From assembly GCA_010093605.1 (NCBI GenBank), contig MU004198.1, positions 1,118,726 to 1,182,725 of the forward strand: a stretch of DNA of 64,000 nt, in the 5' to 3' direction. Shown one piece after another: positions 36,385 to 50,637 of the stretch. The position numbers and the translations under genes were made by a program. The DNA is from Lophium mytilinum (taxonomy: Eukaryota). The number at the start of each line of letters is the position of its first letter. The first letter of the stretch is position 1. The notes beneath the pieces are model-generated. The model saw only the letters and a program-made list of their open reading frames with translations. It was not told the DNA's origin and ran no database searches.

Positions 36385-36650
36385 AAGTACGCTAATCCAC
36401 AGAACTAACGCTTCCCATCCACCGTGTGAGGTTTCGAGGATATCCGGCGGGTTCAATGATCAAGGCAAGTGATATACGCGTGGTAGTGTTTATGTTTATT
36501 GACTAGGTGTGAGAAAGAAAAAATGAAGGTATATCGGGTCTCCGCAAATCCGCAGAAAGATGTGAAATTAAATCGCCAATATATCCAGGACAGTAGAAAC
36601 TGAAGTCATACTGAGCTCGAGGTGATAGAATGAAGGGAAAGTTTGCGACG
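36385..36650 (-). pseudogene. Degenerate 5' fragment (A') of the SGFYGPG family, closest to copy A
   Basis: 36445-36503 (GGATATCCGGCGGG..AAGGCAA..CGCGTGGTAGTG..TTGAC) aligns with 30485-30570. Translation gives PPDILETSH-------GGWEALVLW versus PPDILGISQVSGFYGPGGWAAFILW. 36555-36620 also resembles 30680-30747. Confidence 0.65.
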
Positions 36651-36954
36651 AGACTTCTAATTGCCTAAAGTACGGGTAGGAAGACTGAAGACTGCTGCAA
36701 AGACTGCTGCAAAGACTTGCAAGTGCAGGTCCAGCTCCGCGTGGCTTATAGGCGTGGCTGATGGGTTTAGACTAATTATGCAAGGAGATTCCCGATGCCT
36801 CAAACGCCTCGAAACTCGGGCGGTCTTAGGTTCTGGTCTCAATACGAAGCTTCGAGTAGAGTTTAAACCGAATGACGCTCGTCTGAGCTTAGCCAACGAT
36901 GGCAGGCGATTGCGGCCTGCTATCTCGCGACGCAGTCAATTTAAGTCTGCTGTC

Positions 36955-37570
36955 TCATACAGCTTGTCCAACGATGCTGGAATTGGTTCTCCGACTCAAC
37001 TTCTCCAGCTCCGAGTTGGTACGGCTGGCGTTCTTCTTTTCGAAGCCCGAACTGACTCTTTCCCGTTCGTTGATCCCCATTCCAATGCGCTTATTGACAT
37101 TCTTCTCAAATAGCCTCTTTTCGCGCAAATTTTTGGACCATGATTTTACGATTGGTGGCGCGATCTCGAGCCCAACCAGCGTGGCAAGACCAGCGAGAAG
37201 TGCAAATGCCTGGTCCATCTCTAGAATGGACTGCGGGGCGCAGGGGATAAAAAAACAAGATTGGGGAAACGATTTCCCTCCTGTGAGAACGACTTTCAAG
37301 AATGAGAACCAAGCGTGGAATGGAAGAAAGACGAAGATGATGCTCATAGGCATGATTGTCGCTACCATCGGAATTGCTGGGGCAACGCAGATCCACATTA
37401 CCATCTCGAAGTTGGCGCTATTGGTTGGTATGCGCAGGAGGCCGAGGACGCAAAGAGCCAGACCGAGCATAGCGCCAGCAGTGAGAACCACGTTTAGGTA
37501 GATGCGGTAGAAAACCCCCCATATTTGCTCCCAATTAAAGGAGCGAAATACTAGAGCCCTAACGCATAGG
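36955..37570 (-). pseudogene. SGFYGPG family copy B, 3' half (gene interrupted by an LTR retrotransposon)
   Basis: Contains CFFIPCAPQSILEMDQAF. The frame is open up to the LTR edge and continues in frame from 54967 when the element is removed. Confidence 0.85.
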
Positions 37571-37775
37571 TGTAGAATTCTTAATATATAGTTAATATTT
37601 AGATATTATATATATAATATATAGATCTACTATAGAAATACTTTTCTATATAGATTTAGTATAATTAAGGCCTATATAGGCCTCTCTAATATATATATAG
37701 CCTAGCTAGATTTTTATATAGAATTAATATCTATTATTCTTTAAATTCTTATATTATATAATTAGAAATATTATA
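37571..37775 (+). repeat. 5' LTR of the outer element
   Basis: TGTAGAATTC...AAATATTATA, colinear with 54762-54966; the differences seen are C/T or G/A transitions. Confidence 0.92.
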
Positions 37776-39215
37776 TCTAGTAGCTTAGTTATAGTTTTAG
37801 CCGCCTCTAAGGCCTTCTTAAAGGGCTATTAGATTCTTAAACTTAATAGTATAGAGCTAGCTAAGGCTATATTTTTATAATTAACCCTTAGTAATAATAA
37901 AAGATATTAGCTTCTATAATTAGTAGAATTTTTAGATTATTATAATAATACTAAGCTATATTAATAGTTTCTACAAATTAACCTAATTAGTAATTAATAA
38001 TAACTATTAATAATAGCCCCTAATTAGTATTAGGCCAGCGTTATAGTATAACTACCTATTATAAATATTCTTATAAAAATTAAATAGTATAGATTTAAAG
38101 AGCTCTTAGCTAGAATATTACTATAGAATTTTTCTATCCCTTTTAATACTTCTATATAACTAACTATACGTTCTATTAGCTACTAAAGCAAGATTAATAG
38201 TAGAATGGCAAGAAGAATAATATTATAGCTTAATAGAGCCTAATAATTATATAGTAATTAAAAATCCTTATAAGTTAATTATAAAAAGAAGGCGGAGAAG
38301 TCCTTTTAAGAATTCTCCCTCTCTAATAGAATATTAAAAAGTATTTAAGAAAGAAACTTAATATTACTATCTTAGTACTCTTTTCTTACTCCTTACTTTA
38401 ATTATATTATAGTTATTAACTCTTTTCTACTCTTTCTTATTCTTAGATATTCTATAACTCTTAGCTTTCTTTTATATCTAGTAATAGATATTATTATTCT
38501 AATAAATTACCTTTTAACTTTTAAGAACTCTTTTAAAGGCTTTCTTAGTTTAGTACTATATCTTATAATCTATCTAATTTAATATTAGCCTTATAGGCTA
38601 AGTAGACCGCTACTTTAGAACCTATTAAGCTACTAGTTTAAGGTCCTCTAATTATTTATAGTAGTGCTCTAGCCTATAATCTAGAGCTTATCTATTAAGG
38701 GCTATTATTTATACCTTTTTTAGATAGCTATTAATACTTTTAAGCCCCTATAATAGAGTATATAATAAATTACTAAGAACTAGAACCTTTTAGTTCTATA
38801 TTAGCTTCTTTTATATAATAGTAGTAGGCTACTATACTAGAATAGCTATAAGCTATAGTTTCTAATTACTATACCTATATTAAGAATATATTAGATAATC
38901 TCTAGTAGTAGCCTACTTCTTAGAGTACTACTAACTTCTAGAATCTATTATCTAATACTTTCTTAGATTATCTAATGCTAGACTATAATAAGCCTCTATT
39001 AGAATAAACTATATAAGAGCTTTAATAAGCCTTTAAAAAAATATTAGCTATAAGAGAACCTTATCTAATAGCGCTACCTAAAGTTCTTATAAGAACTCCC
39101 GCTATATAGTTAGATAAAGTTAATAATAATATATACTCTATCTAGATAGTTTAAATATATAACTTTATTACTATATAAGTAGACGCCTATTAATAGGTTT
39201 ACTAGTAGATACTAG

Positions 39216-39417
39216 TATTATAGTCTATAAGAGGCAAGGCACGGAGTATAGTATTAAATAAGGAATAGGGTATATTTATAAAGATAAAGTCGCGTAGAGG
39301 TAGAGGTTCTACGCGGTAGAGGCTAAATATAGGCTAGAGGTATAAAACCGCGCTAGTGCACGGGCTTATATAATATAGCTAAGAATATATAATATATGCG
39401 GAGCTAGATTTATTACA
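39216..39417 (-). repeat. 3' LTR of the inner element
   Basis: Colinear with 46904-47105 (…GTCTATAAGAGG…GCGGAGCTAGAT…). Confidence 0.92.
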
Positions 39418-42400
39418 CTACCCCTCTAAAATAAAGAAGAGAAAGAAAAGGCTATATAAAAAGAGAAGGCTATATAGTAAGGCTATAGTAGACTAAGGAA
39501 AATAAAATACTAAGAAAATATAGTTGTAAGTAATTAAATAAGAACCGCGCAAGGAAGGGGCGTACTTACGGTGTTATAAAGGTAGGCGTTCCTATTAAGA
39601 TAGCTTAGCTAGCTAGGTGCAGTAGAGAATCCGGGTCTTAGGGTTATAAATAATATTATAATATTACTGCGTAAGGTATATAATTAGAGTTAATAAACGC
39701 GTATATTATAGATTGTTAGCGCGCGCTTATTAAGGACTTATTACTAATTAGGGTTAGGCCTAAAATCTAGGTAAGGGCCGTTAGCATTATAGTAATAGTA
39801 GTAGAACTTACTAATAAGCTTATTAGCGCTATATTTACTAAAGTTAGTCTAGTTCTACTATATTTATAGTTTAGTATAACCTTTATACTAGGCGCGGTAT
39901 TATAGTTTACGGCCGTAACGGCCGCGTTGCCGCTAATAGCTATCTATAATAAAATTAATTAGCTATATATTAATATAATCTTACTTATTATCTATTATTC
40001 TATAGGGGTTAACAACCTATATAGGCGGTAGAGGCGGTAGGTTCTATTCTAGTATAGAGTTAGGCTAAAAGAGATAGAGAAGGTAAGAATAGAAAACGTT
40101 ATGCGTATAACGTCTCTTAAGTAATATTCTAGTAAAATTAAGCTAAAAGGCGTAGCTCTAGTCTACAACTTTAGTAATATAGAAGGGGCTAAGGTTCTTA
40201 TAATTAAGTAAGTAATTAGGGCGCTGGGTTTTAATATTGCGTGTGTTAAGCTAGATAAGATTATCTACTTTAAAGCGTAGTGGTGGCTATTAATATTAAT
40301 TAGTAAAGTAGGCTTAGATAGCTATAGCCTAGGTAATAGCTTAGCAGCATTCTATAAGGATCTCTTTTATTTAATTAGTGTATTAGTTAGCTAGTAGCTA
40401 CTTATTATATACTATAGCGCGCCCTATTACTAGTATAGAGGGTTTAATACCTAATTATAGGTAGAAGCCGCAAGTAGTAAAAAAGGGGGTAAAGCCTATT
40501 AAGGCTAATTTATAGTTATTAACGGTGAATTTACTAAGGGGAAGATAGTTAACCTAGTTATTCTAGTAGTATAAAATAAACTAATATAGGTATACTTTTA
40601 TAATAGAGTTAGCGTTCTTAGTCTAGCTATTAGTTTTAGAATAGAAAGCGGTAGAAAACTTAGGCTTAACGCTAAGTTATTTATATAAGCGGCGCTATAC
40701 AGTAGATATAAATTATACGCCGTAATTACTAATAATTACTTTAGGTAAGCTGTATAGTTAAAATACTTTGCAGATAAAGGTATTAGTAATGTCTTTAATA
40801 GTGTTGCTAGTTATAGAAATATAGTAGCGTTCTTTAGATAGTTAGTTAACTATAATAAGAATAAGTATATACGTTTATCTATTTTATATATAAGAAGGCA
40901 GATCTATAATAAAATCTATAGTAATTTTAGTCTATTACTTATCTAGTATATTAAGGCTATATAGTAGTTCTTACTATTTATCTTAAAAGGCTTTTACTTA
41001 GTAGTAGCTATAATAGGCGCCTATATAGCGCTTAATATTATTATAGAAGTTAGGCTAGAAGTAGTAATATTAAAGAAGCTTATAGAAGCTATGCTTACTA
41101 AAGTAGCTAGTAATAGAAGTATTATAAGATAGGCTAAGTAGCTTAGTATATAGCTAGTTATAGGCTAGTATATATAGATAGTTATAGTAGTATAGCTAGT
41201 TATTCTATAATTTAAAGCTATTAATATTAAGGTTACTAATAAGGTTATAGAGGGCTTTTAGAATAAAGCGGGTGCTACTTTAGATAATATCTATAAGCTT
41301 ATATAGTATAGAGTTATATAGAGGTTTAGATTAAGGTAGATATATATAGGCCTTATTAATAAGGTATTATAGGTTATTATTATTATAGTTAATATTATTA
41401 TTATTATTATTACCTTAAACTAGCTATGCTATAATAACCTTATTAGTAGCTACAATATTCTTATTAGCTAATAGAGCTATAAAAATCTTATTAGTATCGC
41501 CGGGTAGCGCCGCGAAGTTCTTGTTAGTGCTTCCGTTGCTATTACTGTTATTATTAGCACAGTCGTGGCTGTGTAGCCTAGCGGGGGCAAGTTAGAGGGG
41601 TAAGAGAAAGAGAGAATGTATTTTAAGAGAGGATTATAGTAAGGTTATTAGAAGAGGCTTAAGTTTCTTAGTGCACGGAAGTAGCCTATTTTAGTAAAGT
41701 ACGTGGAATAGCCTAAGGGCGCCGGGCTTACTTAGTTTAGCGTTATTTAGTAAGAGTAAGGGTAATTTACTATTTAGTATAACTCTAGGTCTAAAGTTAT
41801 AAGATTTAAGTACGGTTTAATATTAAAATTAATTTTATAGATTATTAAGGCTGTAAGGTAGATTCTATAAATAGTAAGTAAGGCTATTAGGCTTACCCCC
41901 TAATATGCTAGGGCGATATATAATCTTAAAGTTAAATCTAGTAAGAAACTTAGTCTATTATGCCTAGTAGCGATTAAGTTTCTTTATAGTTATAAACTAT
42001 TTAAGATTATAGTAATCTATAAGAACATTAGTTAGGTTCTTAGAGTTAGTACTTATAAGCTCTAGTTACTATTTTTTAAAGGCTTTAATAATAGCAAGCA
42101 ACTCTTTATTATAGATCTTATAGTTATATTTAGCTAGTAATATCTTAGAAGAAAAGAAGGTAACTAGGTAGAGAAGGCTATTAGGCCTAATTTAGGATAT
42201 AACGCCGGCTATTATATAATTAGAAGCGTTAGTTTTAAAAAAAACCTTTTTACTATACTAGAAGTATATAAGGATAGGTGCTTCTATAAACGCCTTTTTA
42301 AGCGCGCGGAAGCCTTTTTTATAGGCCTCTATCTATAAGAAATAGGGTTTCTTCTATTCTTCTTAGAGCTTTATTATATTAGTAAGAGGTTTAATAATAC

Positions 42401-45400
42401 GTAAGAATCTATAGATAAACTATTAGTAGAAGTTTAATAGTCTAATAAAGGCTTAGATATCTTTAATATAGTTTAGTATACTCTATTTAAGAATAGTAGT
42501 AACTTTCTCTAGATCTATATAGATCCTATTAGTAGAAATAATAAGTTCTAAGTAGGTAACCTCTTTCTAGTTAAACGCGCACTTAGATAAGTTAATATAT
42601 AGGCCTACTATCTCTAGTCTTTTAAGAATAGCTGTAATATAAGCTTTATAGTCGGCTTTAGAGCCTTCTATATAGATAAGGATATTATTAAGATACGCTA
42701 TATAGAATATATTAAGGAAGTTATGCAGTATTTAATTAATAAAGGATTAGAATATTCTAGGCCCTCCTATAACGCTAAAGGGCATAATAAGGGACTTATA
42801 TTTACTATAGTATATTATAAAGGCTATTTTATATTTATAGCTAGGGGCTATATAGACTTTATTAAAGGCCGCAATAATATTAAGCTTAGTAAACTACTTA
42901 GCTTTACTAAGGCAGTAGAGGGTTTTCTAGATAAGCGGGATTAGGTATTATATTTTAATAGTAAGGGCGTTAACGGCTCTATAGTTAACGCAGAACTAAA
43001 CACCGCCCCCTAGCTTACGTATAAAAAGGATAGATAAAGAGACTTATAACTGCAAGCGTCTAATATAGCCTTTAGCTAGGTTATTATTAAGCTATTTCTT
43101 AATAACTTAGAGCTTATTAGTAGATATTAGGTATAGACGGGCTTTAGATAGCTTACTAAGGTTAATACTATTAACCTAGTTAATTTTATAGTCTATTCTA
43201 GGTCTATATAGAGGAAGTATATCTATATTAACTTAGTTAAATATATAAATATATCTATATAGGCTAGGGGGAAGCTTTATAAATATCTTTTTCTTAGTAT
43301 AGTATTGCTTAACTTCTATAAATTTCTTAATATTGCGTATAGCTAGTTTATAGAGGTAGACTAGTATATTACTTATTTACAAGGCTATAATCTAGAGGTA
43401 GTTAGAATAGAGTAAGAAGTTCTTACTAGTATTAGTAAGGTTGGCTGTAATGTATTAAGGTAAGTTATTAAGCTAGTCTCCTTTAATAGCGGCTATGCGG
43501 CGCATAGTAAGGTAGGCTATAATACCTATATATTATATAGAGTCTATAGAATTAAAAAGTTATATAATATTATAATTATATATAAAATTAGGTAGTGCTA
43601 AGCCTTTTATATAGGTAGTAGCGCTATTAGTATTATTTATATAGTAATAGTAATATAGGTAGAAAATTCTATTACATTTTTCTTTTATAAAGTTAATCTT
43701 ACTAGTAACCTAGTCTATAGCTAGATTATAGCGCTAGAACTAGCAGAGGCCTAAGATAATATTATAGTCGCTAAGGTTAGTAATATAGGCCTATTCGCGG
43801 CCCTAATAGCCTTAAATAGCGATAGGAATAAGAGCTTTATAGGTAATCTTTTTAGCAATAGCAGAGCTATTAGCTAATTTAAGTATTTATAATTTAGGTA
43901 AGGGGTAAGTAGAGAAGTTTATTTAGTGCGCATAAGTAGTATTTATAAATTTATTAGTTACTCTAGTATTACTGTAAAGGTATTCTTTAATTATATCTAG
44001 TAGTTATCCTTTATAGAAACGCTAGACTTTAGCTAGAACTAGAAAGCTATAGAGGGTCTTTTTATTAGTTTAACCCGCTTAAATATTATTACTAAGAGAG
44101 GTAGCTAAAATAACTAACCTTCTTAACTATAACTTTATAAATTCCTTATTTTTATAGTATTAGACTGCTTTAGTAATAATACGCCCTAGATCGCAACTAT
44201 AATCTAGAATTAAGTATTTCCTAAGTGGCTCTAATATTAAAATTAGCCGTATTTTATAAAAGGTCCTCCCGCGCCTCTAGATAAGATAGAAGTATTAATG
44301 CCTACTTTAGTAGTAGCTAGCGTAAATATAGTAGGGGGCGTATATATAGACGGAGCGTATATAGATAGGGGTATATATATAGTTAGAATATATATAAAGG
44401 GGGCGTATATAGATAGAGCTAGGGTTATAATATTATTTAGATATATACTAATACTGCGTAGGGCAAGTATAGAGCGCTCTATAGAATACTACTAGTTAGT
44501 AGAAGTATAGCTAATAAGCTAGTAGTAGAAGTAATAGTTCTTATTTATAAGCTAACGCTTTTAATTATCTATAAGGCGGCCTAGAGCTAGGCGCTGCTAA
44601 TTAGTAGAAATATTAACGGGAAAGTTTATAGCTTTACAAGTTACTAGCGCAGATATTTAGTAATTCTAGGTAGGCGTATTTATCTAGCCTTAGCTATAAT
44701 TATTCTAGTAACCTTAGCTCTAAGTATTTTAAGAGACCTAGTTCTAAGTAGCTTAAAACTAACCTATTAGGGTCTAATTAGGGGGGTTCTAATTAGAAGG
44801 GTTCTATAGGCGGTTACCGCGGTAGCTACCGCAGTAACTATTATTAGTCTAGGAGTTATTAGGCTATTAGCTATACTGTCTAGGCTAGTTATATAGTTAG
44901 TATAGCTAGGTATAGTTAACTATAGCTTAGTCTAGAAGCTAGTTATAGTAAGCATTAATAACTTTATATTCTTTCTTATAATGTTTTTCTAGAACACCCG
45001 CAGGCTTAGTAATACCGGGGCGGATCTTTATCTTAAGCGCGGTAATATTCTAATAGTATTCTTAGTTTAGTAGTTATACTATAAGTGCTTAGTATTTTAT
45101 ATAGAATATATTAAGGTTATTATTACTCTATATTAGTTAGTTAAGTTACTAGAAAGTAATAGCTTTAGAGTTATATAGCAGGTTCTTAATATTAAGGCGC
45201 TTAATAGCCTTATTAAGAGTATAAAAGGGCTAGTAGCTAGTTATCCGCGCTATATAGTTACTAAGAGGTGTGCCAGTAAGGCATATACTAAGAAAGTAGA
45301 GGCGGAAGCCTTTATTATATTAATAGAGACAGCTACTATAAGTAAACTTACTAAGAACCTAGTAACGCTAGGTAATATATTTAGTTTTATTACTATTATA

Positions 45401-46903
45401 CTTAGGGGGGTGTAGTATAGTCTTATCTTTATTTTAATTAGCGCGGGTTCCGCAGTTAATATTATGCAGAGGTAGTAGAGTACTATCCGGCCCTATATAA
45501 GGTAGTATACGCGGTTAAAAAGTATAAATTAGGTTGCGGTTATATAAGTCCTTATTATTATTACTATTACTAGAGTTAGAGGGAGGTCCGCCGCCGCCCG
45601 AGTATATATAGTTCTATTAACTATAAAGGGGCTTATTAGGGTAGTAAGATAGTAAGGGTTTATATTAATAGCGGTCGCGGCCGCGTAAGTAATCTTAGCT
45701 AGGTAGAATTAGTAGGCGTAGCTTAGCGCCTCCTTTAGCTATAATATAGGCTATAAGCTTACGTTAATAGCTTATAGTAGCGGCGAGCTATATAGTAATC
45801 TTAGAGGGAGGGCTATTAGCGCAGGCTATAGGGCCGCAGATAGTAGTATTCTAGATACTATTAATATAGAGTTTAGTAGTAGTAAAGGCTTTTTTAATAT
45901 TCTTAATATAGGCTTTAAGCTTAGTAATATACTTAGCTAAAGCTTTACTATAGGCCTTAAGCTTAGTAATGCGCTTTACTACTATCGCGTTAATAGTATC
46001 TATCTAGGCGGTAAATACTACTATATTAGCAACATATTTATATATAATTTTATCTTTAGCATTTCTAGCATAGATAGTATTATCTCTATCTTAAATAGTA
46101 TTATTATAGTTATTATAGGCTTAGTCCCAATCCTCTTTAGCTTTAATAATGTTAGATTTATATTGGAATTTTATATCGGCAATAGCCTTTTCTAGCCGCT
46201 TAATATTATCTTTTGCGGCTAGAAGGCGAGCGTCTTATTACTTAATTATATTATAAGCTTACTTATTAAGCTTAGCCTATACCTCTATAGAGGCCTTATT
46301 ACGCTCTAGGCGGTTATATAGTTAATAGATCTTAGCTTTATATAAATAGGTTAATTTAAAGGCTATTACCTTATCTTTAGTAATAAAGTCTATAAAAGCT
46401 TTAGTATTAGGGACCTTATATATAATAGGGGCTTTATTAGCGTCCTATTTATTAATAGTAGAGTAATTAATAAGTTTATTAACTTTAAGGATGGAGTTTT
46501 TAAAGGCGCCGGGCATCTTAGAGTAGTAGACGTGGCTACTAGGGTTAGATTAATTAGGGTGTTTCTAAAGTTTATTATCTTTAAAGAAAGCGTTGTCTTT
46601 AGTAAGGTTATCTTAGGTATTATTATAGCTGCGCGCGCGCTGTAAGTTTCTAGTAATTATCTAAGATTCCTTAGCGGCGGTATTCTAGAAGTCTTAAGTT
46701 AAGGCCTAGAAGTCTAAAGGTATAAGGATAGTATACTATAAAAGGAGGTCTTAAAGCTTCTATATACTAGTTATACTAAGAGAGTTAGAGTTATTAGCTA
46801 TAGTATTAATAGCCGCGCAGGGTAATTATAGGGTATTATAGTTCGCTAGCAGTAGTAGTTTAAGAACTTAGTAGAATAGTAGCTAGGTAGAGTAACTTTA
46901 TAG

Positions 46904-47105
46904 TATTACAGTCTATAAGAGGTAAGGCATAGAGCATAGTATTAAATAAGAAATAGGGTGTATTTATAAAGATAAAGTCGCGTAGAGGTAGAGATTCTAC
47001 GCGGTAGAGACTAAATACAGGCTAGAGGTATAAAACCGCGCTAGCGCACGGGCTTACATAATGTAGCCAAGAATATATAATATATGCGGAGCTAGATCTA
47101 TTATA
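46904..47105 (-). repeat. 5' LTR of the inner element
   Basis: Colinear with 39216-39417; followed by the TSD ACTAG. Confidence 0.92.
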
Positions 47106-49672
47106 ACTAGAAACTTAAAAGATTTAGCTAGCCGGTAGCTATATAGCTAGAACTATAGCTATTTAATAGAACTAAGATATTTAATAGTACTACTAAGGTA
47201 ATACTAAGTTTACTATATTAGATTAGTTTTTTACTACTTTTAGCCGCTACTATAAAAGCGTAGATACGCCGGAGTAATACTAATACTGCTTTAATAAAAT
47301 AGTATAGATAACTAGTACTTATTAGTTCTTTAATAAGCTTATTAGAGCTACTTATATATATCCTTTTAATATAGCTCTATCTAATCTTAAAGTATATTAA
47401 CGTGCCTATATAGGTTTAAAACCTAGCCTTAAGTTTTATATTAATGCCTAAGTATAGACTTCTTTTAATTTTAATAAATAAATAGCGTAGATTACTACTA
47501 CTAATAAGTATTAAATCTCCTAGTATAAGAGAATAAGAGACTATTAGGGCTACCTTAATACTATCTCTAGGGCTAATAAAGAATTAGATAATAATTATTT
47601 CTAAGAAACTAATATTAATTCTAATAAATATAAATATCTAGATACTAAAGATAATGCTAAACTTAATACCTTTAAAGGTAGAAATACTACTAAATCTTAA
47701 AGATGTAGTTAAGGCTATAGTAGATATAGTAAAGGTAATACTTAATAGAATACTAATACGCGTAAGTACTATAATTATAGTAAGAAGGGCTATATTAAAT
47801 ATAACTATACTTAGCTAGCTAAGAAGCTATTAAAAAACTAGGAGGGTTAGTAGCCTTAGAGTAACTAACTAATTTAAAAGATAAGACTTCTACTTTTTAT
47901 AAACTTATAATAGAAAAGGATTAGCCGCCCTTTAATAATTCTTTTAACTAAATTATTATTAAATTAATAGAAGAAAGAATCTACTATCTTAACTCCCTAG
48001 GTAAATATCTTTTAGAATATAAGGAAACTTTAGAACTATCTAACTATTAGAAAAAAACTACCTTCTTAATTAACTATAGCGCTAATTCCGTCTATATATT
48101 ATTAAAGCATGCTTAATATTAGCTAAAGAATATTAAAATAATAGCCTCTAAGGTAGTTAAACTCCTCTTAGATGTAACTATAATTAGTACAAAAGCCTTA
48201 GAGATTTTATTTAAAATTTATATACTATTAGGTACTCTAACTATATATATCCTAGACCTTAAAGAGTATTAATGCATTCTTAGTATAACCTAGCTATAGT
48301 AATACTAAGCTATTATTAACTTCTTTACTAATTCTATTACCTTATAAATGCAGGTTAGCCGCAACCTAAAGATTAAACTAGTAGCTTATTAGCTTAATAT
48401 ATTAAGCCCTATTATAGACCTTAGTCTTTCTAAACTAGAATACTAGGGTTTTATTAATATAATATTCTATTAGAAGTATAAGAGGCTCTTAGTAGATAAG
48501 CTTAATTCCGCTTACCTTTATATTATAAAAGCTTCTAATAAACTAATACTAGATTAGGTACTATAACCTAGCACTAATCCGCTATTAGAAGATAAGAATT
48601 TATTACCCTTAATTAATTATATTACTACTTCTATATAAGAGAAGTTTTAAGAGCTTCTTAAAAAGTATAGACCTTATTTCTATAATATTCTTCCTAATAT
48701 TCTACCGCCTAAGTATAGATATAACTATTTAATTAATACTAAAGATATAAAGCTAGTAAATAATACTATATACTGCCTCTTATATTATTAAATAGAAGAA
48801 TAGACCTAATAGATCTATAAGCTACTAGAATAGGGCCTTATTTAAAAGTCTATTAGTATCTAGAGATCTCTAGTTCTTTTTATTCTAAAGCTAAATAGTA
48901 AGTAGTAAATATATATTAACTATAGAGTACTTAATCTAGTAACCTAGAAAAATACCTACCCCCTACTATATATTAATAACTACCTATAGTTATTTAGAAA
49001 GGCTAGGTTCTTTACTAAGATTAATTTAACCTCTAAATATTACTAGCTGCGCGTTTATTAATTAGACGTCTATAAGACTACTTTTAATATAATTAAAGAA
49101 AAATTTAAATTTCTAGTTATACCTTTTAGCCTCTATAATACTTCTACTACCTTTTAAGCTATTATAAATAATACCTTATAACTATACCTATATTAATTTA
49201 TACTTATCTATATAGATAATATTATAGTATTTTTAAAAATATTAAAAGAGTATCTTAACTACCTCTAATTATTATTTAAAGCTCTTAGAAAGAAATAACT
49301 ATTTACTAAAACTAATAAGTACTTAATTACTTAAGAAACTATTAAGTTTTATAGCTATATAGTTTCTTATAGAACTATAAAACTAATAACTAATAAACTA
49401 GATACTATTTAGTATTAGCCTATTCCTACTAATATCTATAAGGTCTAATAGTTTATTAGACTAGTAATATACTATTAAAAGTTTATTAAGAACTTTACCT
49501 ATATATTAGCACCTCTCTATAAGCTTCTAAAGAAAAGTAACGCTATAATATAAAAAAAAAAGTACTAAGCTATTATATAGAATATTAGCTATTAAATTAC
49601 TTTTAACTCCCTTAAGTAAAAGCTTATTAAACGCCCTGTGCTCGCCCTTATTAACTAGTTAAAGCCCTTTTA

Positions 49673-50637
49673 NNNNNNNNNNNNNNNNNNNNNNNNNNNN
49701 NNNNNNNNNNNNNNNNNNNNNNNNNNNNNNNNNNNNNNNNNNNNNNNNNNNNNNNNNNNNNNNNNNNNNNNNNNNNNNNNNNNNNNNNNNNNNNNNNNNN
49801 NNNNNNNNNNNNNNNNNNNNNNNNNNNNNNNNNNNNNNNNNNNNNNNNNNNNNNNNNNNNNNNNNNNNNNNNNNNNNNNNNNNNNNNNNNNNNNNNNNNN
49901 NNNNNNNNNNNNNNNNNNNNNNNNNNNNNNNNNNNNNNNNNNNNNNNNNNNNNNNNNNNNNNNNNNNNNNNNNNNNNNNNNNNNNNNNNNNNNNNNNNNN
50001 NNNNNNNNNNNNNNNNNNNNNNNNNNNNNNNNNNNNNNNNNNNNNNNNNNNNNNNNNNNNNNNNNNNNNNNNNNNNNNNNNNNNNNNNNNNNNNNNNNNN
50101 NNNNNNNNNNNNNNNNNNNNNNNNNNNNNNNNNNNNNNNNNNNNNNNNNNNNNNNNNNNNNNNNNNNNNNNNNNNNNNNNNNNNNNNNNNNNNNNNNNNN
50201 NNNNNNNNNNNNNNNNNNNNNNNNNNNNNNNNNNNNNNNNNNNNNNNNNNNNNNNNNNNNNNNNNNNNNNNNNNNNNNNNNNNNNNNNNNNNNNNNNNNN
50301 NNNNNNNNNNNNNNNNNNNNNNNNNNNNNNNNNNNNNNNNNNNNNNNNNNNNNNNNNNNNNNNNNNNNNNNNNNNNNNNNNNNNNNNNNNNNNNNNNNNN
50401 NNNNNNNNNNNNNNNNNNNNNNNNNNNNNNNNNNNNNNNNNNNNNNNNNNNNNNNNNNNNNNNNNNNNNNNNNNNNNNNNNNNNNNNNNNNNNNNNNNNN
50501 NNNNNNNNNNNNNNNNNNNNNNNNNNNNNNNNNNNNNNNNNNNNNNNNNNNNNNNNNNNNNNNNNNNNNNNNNNNNNNNNNNNNNNNNNNNNNNNNNNNN
50601 NNNNNNNNNNNNNNNNNNNNNNNNNNNNNNNNNNNNN
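49673..50637. other. Assembly gap (965 N) within pol of the outer element
   Basis: Run of N. Confidence 1.

Larger units (their letters stand above)
39216..47105 (-). mobile_element. RIP-degenerated Ty3/gypsy LTR retrotransposon nested in the outer element, opposite orientation
   Basis: 202-bp LTRs; 5-bp TSD ACTAG (39211-39215 and 47106-47110); purine tract GAGGGGTAG on the minus strand next to 39417. Minus-strand RT motifs after reversing RIP: FCVDYRAVN ~42990, KLDIIAAFNK ~42870, YESLVMPFG ~42785, AYLDDILIY ~42685. Confidence 0.9.

Noticed and set aside
42723..44495. ORFs 42723-42944 and 44298-44495
   Set aside because: Chance antisense ORFs in RIP-mutated retrotransposon sequence; the second overlaps a short 18-bp tandem repeat inside the element.
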